From Eledone cirrhosa (taxonomy: Eukaryota): a stretch of DNA of 64,000 nucleotides. The stretch spans positions 41,850,001 to 41,914,000 of the forward strand of contig OZ024757.1 in NCBI GenBank assembly GCA_964016885.1, read 5' to 3'. The notes beneath the pieces were generated by a model. It ran no database searches. It was not told where the DNA came from and was given only the letters and a program-made list of their open reading frames with translations. Each line of letters opens with the position of its first letter. The first letter of the stretch is position 1. Positions 23,041 to 34,600 of the stretch are shown here, in pieces. The translations under genes and the position numbers were made by a program.

Positions 23041-24029
23041 GGGATTCCTCTGAAGTGTCTTTCGAGTAGATAGACAGAAAGTTATGGCACTGCCATCGTC
23101 TATATAGAGAAAGGAGGAGTGCCAAGCAAAAGAACATAAATAGAGAGAAAAATGTCATTTGATTAGAGAGAGAGGGAGAGTATGTGTGAGAGAGAGGGTG
23201 AGAGTGTGCATGAGAGAGAGGGTGAGAAGTCAATATCAATCTCATGTACTTCATTATAATATTTTAGGCCAAACAAATTGTTTTCCTTGATTCCAAGGAC
23301 AAACTTGTATTTAGTTTCTAATTAGATTGATCAAAATGTATCAAAACAATTTTACTGGGGTTTGCTAAAATCAATACAACCCCTCGAGTAGGTCTTTACA
23401 GGCCTCACCATTACGACAGTCATATTGCTGTAAAAGCAGTGAAATAATTAACCCCTTCCCATATCTTCTTTCGTTTCTTATTTAATTAAACAGACAAACC
23501 TGAAGTGAAACAATACATTAATGTTTTCTGTTTTATGTTCCTCTGAGTATTCCACTGTTCCCATAAAAACTTACTTCAGTGTAGTTATGTGCTGAAGTTT
23601 TCCTTTTGATCGTTTCTCAGATAAAATAATATAATCACTAAAGAGTTAGCTATAAAATTATTTAAATGCAGAATTCTAATGGATATAACAATATAGAAAA
23701 AAGAAAGTAAAAATGTCTCCTCCATAAAAATATACATAAAGTACCGTCTAAACCTAACTTTAAGCTGTAAATTATGTGTTTTTTTTTTTGCCTTTGTCAT
23801 TGCTAACGATAGGAGCAGTAAATGCATATATGTATGTTTAGGTATATATACACAATGATGGTGATGATATATATAATATATGTATATATGATGATGGTGT
23901 TTATATATACACGTATATATATATATATATAAAACAAATTAAGATGACAGAAAGAAGTTCTTTCCTAGGTTTAGTCCTACAATTGTTTCACTCTAAAGTT
24001 ATTCTTCAAACACAGAACTAGGTAAACAT

Positions 24030-24233
24030 AATCATTACCATTATCATCATTGTCACCGTTTAACGTCCATTTTTCCATGGGTTAGACAGGTCCTCCACAC
24101 TGGGAGGCAGCCTGACCAGAGTTGGCGATGCCACACCTTGCTCCGACGAGGACTGTAAATTTGGCTGGGTATTTTACAGCTGGATGCCCTTCCTAACACC
24201 AACCATGTTTACTGTGTGGAACTGGATGGTTCT
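24030..24233 (-). mobile_element. RTE-type 3' UTR/tail
   Basis: CACCGTTTAACGTCCATTTTTCCATGGGTTAGAC...TACAGCTGGATGCCCTTCCTAACACCAACCA. Confidence 0.8.
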
Positions 24234-24512
24234 GTTATGAGGAGGGACAAGCCAGTTGGCTGTACCGAACGCATCTCACAGCAGAACCATAGTTTTGGGG
24301 CCTGGTACTGAATGACACCGTTATGAGGAGAGCTAGGCCAGCCAGCCATGCCAAACCCATCTCACAACGTTACCATAGTTTTGGGGCCTGGTACTGAATG
24401 GCACCGTTATGAGGAGAGCTAGGCCAGCCAGCCATGCCAAACCCATCTCACAACGTTACCATAGTGTTGGGGGGCCTGGTACTGAATGGCACTGCTATGA
24501 GGAGGGACAGGT
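24234..24512. repeat. 86-bp tandem repeat, about 3.2 copies
   Basis: G(T/C)TATGAGGAG at 24234, 24320, 24406 and 24494. Confidence 0.9.
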
Positions 24513-25082
24513 GCAGAATCAGTGGCATCAGGTGTGTGTGTATAGGGGAAGAGAGAGAGAGAAATAACAGGTCCATTCATGTTGCCATATATATTGTGAT
24601 CATGATTTCATTATTCCATTCCTGTTTCAATCTTATCCAAGTTAATGGGATATCTGTTGTTCTAGTATCAATAATATACTTTGATTACCTACAATAGATC
24701 ATTTGATTGATTTTCAAGATGTCTTTAATTTTCTGTTTAATGTCAACATTAAATATTATTTGTAGATGATAAAAATAAAAACATTGATAATGAAGTTTAT
24801 TTCATTATATATAAATATATTTGTTGTGTATTGTAATAATTTTATTTAAATTATTTTTGCTTTGTTTTTTTTTATTTCTTGGGCAGTCAGTGATGGTAAG
24901 GTGGTGGTTGTGGTGTTGGTGGTGGTAGTAGTGGTGGTTGTGATGTTGGTGGTGGTGTGGTGGTGTTGGTGGTCTGTATTTTCAATTGTTCCAGGGTTTA
25001 TTATCTTTGGAAAATATATATATATATTTGTATTTATATATTTATGTATGTGTGTGTTTATATATATATTCACACACACACG

Positions 25083-25117
<35 letters not shown>

Positions 25118-25245
25118 GGATGAATTGTACTCATCTTTTATTTTCATGTTTAAATATTTAAGCAGAAATATATGTGTGTGTGTATTAAAGTATATATATA
25201 TATGTGTGTGTATTAAAGTATATATATATATATATATATATATAT

Positions 25246-25365
25246 TGTCTCCTTTCTGAGTCTCAGCTATTTGAGATCAGCTCTCACCATTTCTACCTCT
25301 TCCCAGGTCTTCCTTGGTCTACCTCTGCTGCAGTTTCCTTCCACTGGGATTTCCTGGCACATCTC
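25246..25365 (-). mobile_element. Short RTE ORF2 C-terminal fragment
   Basis: Minus-strand translation CQEIPVEGNCSRGRPRKTWEEVEMVRADLK*LRL. Confidence 0.7.
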
Positions 25366-25367
25366 AA

Positions 25368-25755
25368 TAAAATAAAGTAAGTACCAATCAGACACTCACT
25401 GGGATTTATTTAATCAACTTTTCTTTCCTCCTCCTCCACAAAATTGTTGACCTTGTGTCTAAATCAAAAACCATTGCGGTGAATTGGCAGTATCGGTAGA
25501 GGGTCGGACGCCATGCTTTGACGCATAGAGTTACGGCCCTTGCCATTCTGAGTTCAAATCCCGCCGAGGTTAACTTTGCCTTTCATCCTTTCAGGGTCGA
25601 TAAAATAAAGTACCAGTAATGTACTGGTTAATTGCTGGCCTTGTGCCAATAGTAGAAACAATTGTTATGAATAAAGTAGCAGTAATACACTGGGGTTGAT
25701 TCAATCGACCTCCCCCTCGTAAACTGTTGGCCTTGTGCCTAAACCAGAAACCAAT
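25368..25755 (+). mobile_element. Tandem cluster of SINE pieces (3' half, full copy 25476-25668, 3' half)
   Basis: Three successive AAGTA(C/G)CA...(G/A)CCTTGTG blocks. The middle copy has A and B boxes. Confidence 0.85.
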
Positions 25756-26234
25756 GTAACTGTAGCATGAATCATTATTCTCTCATGAGCAATTGTGTGA
25801 AGCTCATTGCAGTTTGTGTTTACTTGGTGACATGAAGATATATATAATAGATAAGAAATATCAAGGTAGAAAAAGGTGACAGGTGTAATAACAAAGAAAT
25901 AACTTTCTTAAGATCTTTTCTCTTAAGACTGAATCTTCTGTCAGGTATATCTGTGTCAACTTTACACCATGTCAACAATCAAACACTTTGTAAGAAAGAG
26001 AAACAAAATAAAAATGTCTTTTGAAAACATTTGAAAGGAAAACCTACAAAAAGAAAATTATCTTATTTTATTTTGTGTTTCTTTATGAAACTTTCAACAA
26101 TTTTATAGTTTTTTCCAAATAACCATAGAATTTTCTAAAATAATGATAGTTCTTTTCTGTTTTCAGGTAATCATGTGTTGTATCCAGTTAAGAATAGGTA
26201 CACCATACCCCTGGAGGTAGGGTGGTTGTAAGAA

Positions 26235-26490
26235 GTGATTAAAAGGGTTTGGTGTGATAAGGTACATGAAGCTGTAAAATATTACCTCATGAAATCTCGT
26301 CCAACCCATGTTAGCATGGAAATATCAATGTAAAGACAACAATGATGATGATATATATTTCATCATCATCATCGTTTAACGTCCATCTTCCATGCTAGGA
26401 TGGGTTAGACAGGTCGTCCCATTTGACGTGAGTTGGGTCAGGTGCCTGTTGGTGTCTGTAAATTTCCGGTTGGTTTGGTAACTGGATGGT
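26235..26490. mobile_element. Two RTE-type 3' tails arranged tail-to-tail
   Basis: Plus: GTCCAACCCATGTTAGCATGGAAA...GATGATGAT (to 26352). Minus: CATCATCATCGTTTAACGTCCATCTTCCATGCTAGGATGGGTTAGAC (from 26361). Confidence 0.75.
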
Positions 26491-26621
26491 TGTATATATT
26501 TTGTCAAAGCTCTTTTGTCACACATTCTGTGACCTCCTTAGTGACAAGGTTTTTATTTTGTGTCTCCCCTTTGTTCTGTCCTACATCATTTTGTTTTTGT
26601 GTGTACAAGATGTGTGTGTAC

Positions 26622-27062
26622 AATCATCACCATTTTGTGTGCGCTCTTCCCTGCTTGCAAGGGTGGGATGAGTCCTCTTCAGCACATCATCTCTCCATTT
26701 ATCACGGTCCTTTGTCATCTCCTCCGTGAGCTTTAGCGATCTAAGCTCAGCTCTCACCACCTGCGCCCATGTTTTTCGTCGTCTTCCTCCACTGAGATTA
26801 CTTGGCACTTCTTTACCCAACGGTCATCCTCCATGGGCATCACATGTCCATACCATCTCAGTCTTCTCTCCTGCACACTACAGTTTATCCCTCTTATACA
26901 CAGTTTCTCTCTCAACTCATCTATTCTTGGTCGTTCACACACATTGACATTGCACATCCAACGGAGCATGTTTGCTTCATTTCTCGCCAGCCATCACATA
27001 TCCTCCACAGTTGCTGCCCATGACTCACTTCCATGCAGCATCACGCATCTCACACAGGCATA
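26622..27062 (-). mobile_element. 5'-truncated RTE LINE fragment
   Basis: MLRWMCNVNVCERPRIDELREKLCIRGINCSVQERRLRWYGHVM...RKTWAQVVRAELRSLKLTEEMTKDRDKWR. Frameshifted. Confidence 0.9.
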
Positions 27063-27260
27063 TATTTGAATTATAGTCCTGGAATTCATTCATGTGTTGC
27101 CTCCCATAATAAATACTCCTAATATTTTTTATATGAGTTATCTCTCTTCGGTAAATCTATAGAGAGTTATCTCTCTTGGTAATTTTTTTCTTCCTACCAT
27201 AAAAAGAGAAATTATGTTTTTTGGAAGAATAAAGTACCGTAAATCCTAGGGATATATATA

Positions 27261-27315
27261 CAGTGTATCTTCGCTTATCCGGATATCGCTTTTCCGAAAT
27301 TCGATTTACCGGATG
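27261..27315 (+). mobile_element. Solo pogo/Tigger-like terminal inverted repeat
   Basis: TA|CAGTGTATCTTCGCTTATCCGGAT resembles CAGT...CTCG(C/A)TTATCCG termini. No partner TIR seen in the window. Confidence 0.45.
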
Positions 27316-27511
27316 GTTATTTCTATACTACTATTTATTCATTTTTAAAAAAGTTCTAACTTTTTATGGTTTGACTCAATTCAGTTTTACCAAGTTTTTA
27401 GTTATTCTTGTTTGTTTAATTAATTTTCTTATAAATTCTAGCTGTTCTTTTGTTATTCTAGATAGATGAGAGGAGAGCTGTGTGGTTACTTCCCAAACTT
27501 ATACTACTGTG

Positions 27512-27547
<36 letters not shown>

Positions 27548-28079
27548 TCATACACTTATAATGTATGCGCAACCAGTTATGGCCACCACTGTCTAGGATT
27601 GGCGGTTCCTTCACTTTATTTATTTAATTTTTTTTTATTGTATTATTTTCTATTGCAAAAAAATTATATCATTAAATAAAAAAAATTTGTTCAATAAACT
27701 TTACTTCATATCAATCTTACGTAATGAAAAAATTTCACTGCGAAAATACGAAAACGTAATTGAGAATGTGTGGCTAACTTTGAATTAAGCACGAGTTGTA
27801 AAGAAGACCGGGAAAATTCGAAGATTGACGTTCACGTAACTATTTCAACACTAAACTTTATTTTCTATATTATATTATTTCAACGTCCATAAGTTATTTA
27901 CAAATTAATATATATTGAGAGAAATTAATTATAGAAATAAGAAAAAGTAAAAATAACAAACAAAACGTGACAAGACAGACACACTCCTAATTACACTGTT
28001 GAAGAAAATATTGCGGTTGCCTTCTAAATATTTTTAATGGCTATTGTTTCACGACATTGTCCCAGGTAATAGTGAAGCT

Positions 28080-28505
28080 GTAATATTTTAGTACATATTT
28101 TAGTAATATTTTAGTACATTTATTAGTATAGTGTAATATGTTAGTACATTTATTAGTATTGTGTAATATTTTAGTATATATATTAGTATTGTGTATATTT
28201 TAGTATATTTATTAGTATAGTGTAATATTTTAGTATATTTATTAGTATAGTGTAATATTTTAGTATATATATTAGTATAGTGTAATATTTTAGTACATAT
28301 ATTAGTATAATGTGATATGTTAGTACATATATTAGTATAGTGTAATATTTTAGTATATATATTAGTATAGTGTGATATGTTAGTACATATATTAGTATTG
28401 TGTAATATTTTATTATTATTATATATTAGTATTGTGTAATATTTTCGTATATATATTAGTATAGTGTAACAGAAAGAAGTGGGAGAATTCTGGTCGGATA
28501 CAGTT
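28080..28505. repeat. 30-bp AT-rich tandem repeat (about 13 copies) ending in a piggyBac-MITE subterminal segment
   Basis: Unit TATTAGTATAGTGTAATATTTTAGTATATA, followed by ACAGAAAGAAGTGGGAGAATTCTGGTCGGATACAG, which matches 3897-3931 and 63556-63590. Confidence 0.85.
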
Positions 28506-28529
28506 AAATACATCATTTTTGTATCACAT

Positions 28530-29040
28530 AGCTCTCCCCAAGTAAACTCAACATAGGGACAGGCTGTAGAAGTCAGCAGTAGTATAGTAATTAAGGCAGT
28601 TGGACCTTCGGGGATAGTTGCAGAGATGCTGGGTCACACCTTAACCACTGGTATTGTAAACCAAGTTATACCAAATGGTGCTCTACCCAATGACTGGCAG
28701 TGTCATTCTCAACTGCTCAATGGAGATGTTTTAGACAGAAACTATAGAGTTGACCAGGTTATGAAGGTCACAGAAAGAGTTATAACACAGCTGATAAGGG
28801 ATCAAGTTAACCTTTAAGTGATGCAGTTTGGATTTGTGCCTGGTAAAAGTACCACAAATGCCCTCTTCCTTATTAGTATCTAGCTAAAAGAGAAACTGGG
28901 CATAAGAGGAATCAGATGCAGTGTGCAAGAGAGGAGACTGTGTTAGTATGGCCATGTAATGCATATGAAGGATGACAGCTGTATGAAAAGGTGCAGGGCA
29001 ATCAAAGTTAATAGAAACTATGGAGTAGGCAGACCTGGGA
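28530..29040 (+). mobile_element. Internally deleted RTE LINE relic
   Basis: KAVGPSGIVAEML...LPNDW...GDVLDRNYR...MKVTERVI...MQFGFVPGKSTTNALFLI is joined directly to LKEKLGIRGIRCSVQERRLC*YGHVMHMKDDSCMKRC...GRP. Confidence 0.85.
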
Positions 29041-29254
29041 TAAGGACACTGCCCATCTCCTCTCCAAATGTCCTACCCTCCACTAAGTTTAGCATACCAT
29101 CCATCACCTGGGTGTTGTTGAGAACCAGTGTACCTGTCCTAACATAATGAACACTAATAAAAAGAAAAAGTTTAATTAACTGTTTATACATCATGCACAT
29201 TTTTTAACATTTGTTATCTTCCACTTAGTAATATCATTAATGTGGCTGCATCAT

Positions 29255-31200
29255 CCATGCAAGGTTAGATGAAAAAAGCAGTTTCAGGGCATATACTTCT
29301 CATAGAATCTTCTACAGCCAAGGCAAACTCGGTGAATATGTTTCTCACATGATTCCCTATGACTTGATAAAACGTAGTCAATGATTCTTTAGCAAGCAAA
29401 AAAAGCTAGAGGCTCTCCTAAGGCGAGCTTAACTGTAATCAATACCATGTTGGTTTCATGCTGGCCCATCCCATACCACCAGGTTAGAGGGTGAAAGTAA
29501 CGGCTTTAGGGTGTGGTCTGCTAATAGGCTCTCCTAGGGCCAGCTAAACCCTGGTCAATCCCAGGGTAGAGGGTGAAAAACTGTATACATCTCATATGAT
29601 CTACGGGTAGCTAAACCCTGGACTATGCGATGTTAGAGGGTGAAAGGAGCAGTTTTAGGGTGTTTACTTCCCATAGGACCTCTTACAGTCATCTAAACCC
29701 TAGTCACCACAAGCTTAGAGGGTGAAAGAAGCAGTACAGCCACCTAAACTCTGGTCAATATCCAGCTTTACGGTGTATACGTCCCATATGATCTCCCACA
29801 GCCAGCTAAACCATAGTCAATAACAGGTATTTTCCATGGGTCATACATGCCATAACTTGCTCATATATGTGTGTGTTATAGTTGTCAATTGTAGATTCTG
29901 TACAGACAGGACAAAGGAATATTTGGTATTATAAGTTTCAATCCATGCCTGCATCACTTGGTAGTGTTGAGTTTATTTCACCTTCATCTTTTCAATAGCA
30001 AGAACACCCAAGAGGCACCTCGTTTACATTACAAGATGCAATTGTGGTCGATTTTAGGAGATCAATAAAGTATTGTCTCCAACGAAGATCCTATGGCTTA
30101 CTAAATGCAGGTGAGAGGGTGGAAGGAGCAGTTTCAGGGACTAAACTTATCGTAGGAACCTCTACGGCCTGTTAAACCTTGCATAATGCCAGGTGAGAGG
30201 GCGGAAGGAGCAGTTTAAGGGCCTAAACTTATCGTAGGAACCTCTACAGCCTCCTAAACCCTGCTTAATGCCAGGTGTAATGGCGAAAGGAGCAGTTTAA
30301 GGGCCTAAACTCTGGTTAATGCCGGGTGAGAGGGCGAAAGGAGCAGTTTAAGGGCCTAAACTTATTGTAGGAACCTCTACAGCCGCCTAAACCTTGCTTA
30401 ATGCCAGGTGTAATGGCGAAAGGAGCAGTTTAAGGGCCTAAACTCTGGTTAATGCCGGGTGAGAGGGCGAAAGGAGCAGTTTAAGGGCCTAAACTTATTG
30501 TAGGAACCTCTACAGCCGCCTAAACCTTGCTTAATGCCAGGTGAGAGGGCGAAAGGAGCAGTTTAAGGGCCTAAACTTATTGTAGGAACCTCTACAGCCG
30601 CCTAAACCTTGCTTAATGCCAGGTGAGAGGGTAGAAGGAGCAGTTTAAGGGCCTAAACTTCCTGTAGGAACTTCTACGGACTCTTAAACTCTGGTTAATG
30701 TCAGGTGAGAGGGCGAAAGGAGCAGTTTCATGGCCTAAACTTCCAGTAGGAATTTCTACCGTCGCCTAAACCCTCGTTAATGCCAGGTGAGAGGGTGAAA
30801 GGAGCAGTTTAAGGGCCTAAACATATCGTAGGAACTTCTACGGCCTCCTAAACCCTCGTTAATGCCAGGTGAGAGGGTGGAAGAAGCAGTTTAAGGGCCT
30901 AAACTTATCGTAGGAACTTCTACGACCTGTTAAACCCTGCTTAATGCCAGGTGAGAGGGCGAAAGGAGCATTTTCATGGCCTAAACTTATCCTAGGAACC
31001 TCTACGGCCTCCTAAACCCTGCTTAATGCCAGGTGAGAGGGTGGAAGGAGCAGTTTAAGGGCCTAAACTTATCGTAGGAACCTCATGCGACCCAGAACAG
31101 GTTAATGATCAGGTTAGAGTGACAGTTTTAGAGCGTACATTTCCTATAGTATCTCCTCCGGCCACCCAAACCTTGGTCAATACCAGGCTACAGGGCTAAC
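29255..31200. repeat. 82-bp satellite/minisatellite (conserved core about 30100-31085, degenerate flanks)
   Basis: Unit AATGCCAGGTGAGAGGGCGAAAGGAGCAGTTTAAGGGCCTAAACTTATCGTAGGAACCTCTACAGCCGCCTAAACCTTGCTT, with starts at 30185 and 30267. Two 51-bp truncated units. A unique insert lies at about 29830-30090. Confidence 0.9.
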
Positions 31201-31608
31201 ACTTTATTTGATAGTTACCTCCCTTGAAGAATGCAAACAAAAAATAAGAGTTATCTCCCTTGATAAGGCGATTACGGGAATGACCTTTCTGAAATTATTC
31301 ATAAGGGTGGGTAGTTATTTCAAGAATTATCTCCCTTATCAAGATGCCTGAGTTAATTCCCTTTATTATAAAGCCTAGTGGAGATACTGCTTTTTATTTT
31401 TATTGATTTAACTCTTGTTTACATCCTTTCATTATTCGTACTGGAAAGTGTTTTAGATACTTCCTCCTTTCGAAAGCGTTAATTAAAAGTAATTTCTTTT
31501 TTCATTATTATTGTCAGAGTAAACTGAACACAATTCGTATTTAGAAATATAAACTTTTTTATTAACAGATACTTCAGGACACTTGTAAACACTTTCACAA
31601 TAAAAGCA

Positions 31609-34600
31609 GCATTTTACTCATTTATGATGCCGTTTTAGTCATTTTCGTCATTTGTGATGCCGTTTGAGCCATTTTAAAATGACACTAAAATGGCTAAAAC
31701 GGCATCATAAATGACGAAAATTACACTAAAATGGCTAAAACGGCATCATAAATTATTAAAATGAGTCTAAAATAGCTAAAACGGCATCATAGATGGCTAA
31801 AATAACTCTAGAATGGCTAAAACGGCATCATAAATGAGTAAAGTGGCTAAAACGTCATCATGAATGACTAAAATGGCTAAAACGGCTTCTTAAATGACTA
31901 AAATGGCTAAAACGGCATCATAAATGACTAAAATGGCTAAAACGGCATAAATGTCATTCATGATGCCGTTTTAGACATTTTAGTCATATATGATGACGTT
32001 TTAGTTATTTATGAGGCCGTTTCAGTCATTTTAGTCATTTATGATACCGTTTTAGCCATTTTAGTCATTTATGATAACGTTTTAGCCATTTTACTCATTT
32101 ATGATGCCTTTTTCATGAATGACTAAAATGGCTAAAACGGCATCATTAATGACTAAGATCGCTAAAACGGCATCGTAAATGACTAAAATGGTTAAAACGG
32201 CATCATAAATGGCTAAATTGACTCTAAAATGTCTAAAACGGCATCATAAATGAGTAAAATAGCCAGAACGTCATCATAAATGAATAAAATGTCTAAAACG
32301 TCATCGTAAATGACTAAAATGTCTAAAGCGGCATCATAAATGACTAAAATGACTCTAAAATGTCCAAAAAGCCATCATAAATGAGTTAAATGGCTAAAAT
32401 GGCATCACAAATGAGTAAAATGGCTAGAACGTCATCATGAATGACTAAAATGGCTAAAACGGCATCATAAATGAGTAAAATGGGCTAAAACGTCATCATA
32501 AATAACTAAAACGTCATCGTATATGGCTAAAAATGCATTATAAATGGTAAAAACGTCATAATAAATGACTAAAATGGCTAAAACGGCATCATATATTACT
32601 AAAATGACTCAAAAATGGCTAAAACGGCATAATAAATTAGTACAATGACTCTAAAATGGCTAAAACGGCATCATAAATGACTAAAATGGCTACAAAGGCA
32701 TCATAAATGAGTAAAATGGCTAAAACGGCATCATAAATGACTAAAATGGCCAAAAAGGCATCATAAATGAGTAAAATGACTAAAACGTCATCATAAATGA
32801 CTAAAATGGCTAAAACGGCATTATAAATGAGTAAAATTACTCTAAAAAGGCTAATACGTCATCACAAATGTCTAAAATGGCTAAATGATGACGTTTTAGT
32901 CATTTATGATTACGTTTTAGCTTTTTTACTCATTTATGATGCCGTTTTAGCCATTTTTGAGTCATTTTAGTCATTCATGATGCCGTTTTAGTCATTTATG
33001 TTGACGTTTTAGTCATTTATGATGCCGTTTTAGCCATTTTTGAGACATTTTAGTAATTTATAATGCCATTTCAGTCATTTATGATGACGTTTTAATCATT
33101 TATAATGCCGTTTTAGCCATTTTAGAATGAATTTAGCCATTTATATTGCCATTTTAGTCATTTATGATGACTTTTGGTCATTTTACCCATTTATAATGCC
33201 GTTTTAGCCATTTAGTCATTTATGATGACGTTTTAACCATTTTACACATTTATGATGCCTTTTTGGCCATTTTAGAGTCATTCTAAAATGGCTACAAAGC
33301 ATCATAAATGAGTAAAATGGCTAAAACGGCATCATAAATGACTAAAATGGCCAAAAAGGCATCATAAATGAGTAAAAATGACTAAAAACGTCATCATAAA
33401 TGACTAAAATGGCTAAACGGCATTATAAATGAGTAAAATTACTCTAAAAAGGCTAATACGTCATCACAAATGTCTAAAATGGCTAAATGATGACGTTTTA
33501 GTCATTTATGATTACGTTTTAGCTTTTTTACTCATTTATGATGCCGTTTTTAGCCATTTTGAGTCATTTTAGTCATTCATGATGCCGTTTTAGTCATTTA
33601 TGTTGACGTTTTAGTCATTTATGATGCCGTTTTAGCCATTTTTGAGACATTTTAGTAATTTATGATGACGTTTTAGTCATTTATGATGACGTTTTAGCCA
33701 TTTTACTCATTTATGATGCCGTTTTAGCCATCTTAGTCATTCATGATGACGTTTTAGTCATTTTACTCATTTATGATGCCTTTTTACCATTCTAGAGTCA
33801 TTTGTGACTAAAATTTCTAAAACGGCATCATAAATGACTAAAATGACTCTAAAATGGCAAAAAAGGAATCATAAATGAGTAAAATGGCTAAAACATCATC
33901 ATAAATGACTAAAACGTCATTATAAATTACTTAAATGGCTAAAACGGCATCATAAATGGCTAAATTGACATTTTAAGTGAATAAAATGGCCAAAACGTCA
34001 TCATAAATGACTAAAATGGCTAAAACAGCATCATAAATGAGTAAAATGCCCAAAACGTCGTCATAAATGACTAAAACGTCATAAAAAATGACTAAAATGG
34101 CTAAAACGTCATCATAAATGACTCTAAAATGGCCAAAAAGGCATCATAAATGAGTAACATGACTCTAAAATGGCTAAAAGGCTATTACGTCATCACAAAG
34201 GACTAAAATGGCTAAAACGGCATCATAAATGTCTAAAATGGCTAAATGTTGACGTTTTAGTTATTTATGATTACGTTTTAGCTATTTTACTCATTTATGA
34301 TGCCGTTTTAGCCATTTTTGTGTCATTTTAGTCATTCATGATGCCGTTTTAGTCATTTATGTTGACGTTTTTGTCATTTATGATGACGTTTTAGCCGTTT
34401 TCCTCATTTATGATGCCGTTTTAGCCATTTTTGAGACATTTTAGTAATTTATAATGCCATTTTAGTCATTTAAGATGACGTTTTAATCATTTATAATGCC
34501 GTTTTAGCCATTTTAGAATGAATTTAACCATTTATGTTGCCGTTTTAGCCATTTTAGTCATTTATGATGACTTTTGGCCATTTTACCCATTTATAATGCC

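Noticed and set aside
23500-23574. Possible 75-nt GT-AG intron on the minus strand
   Set aside because: Flanks show no convincing coding exons, so it is likely chance.
29500-31030. TTTAGGG/TAAACCCT words as telomeric repeats
   Set aside because: Isolated words within the 82-bp unit, never in tandem.
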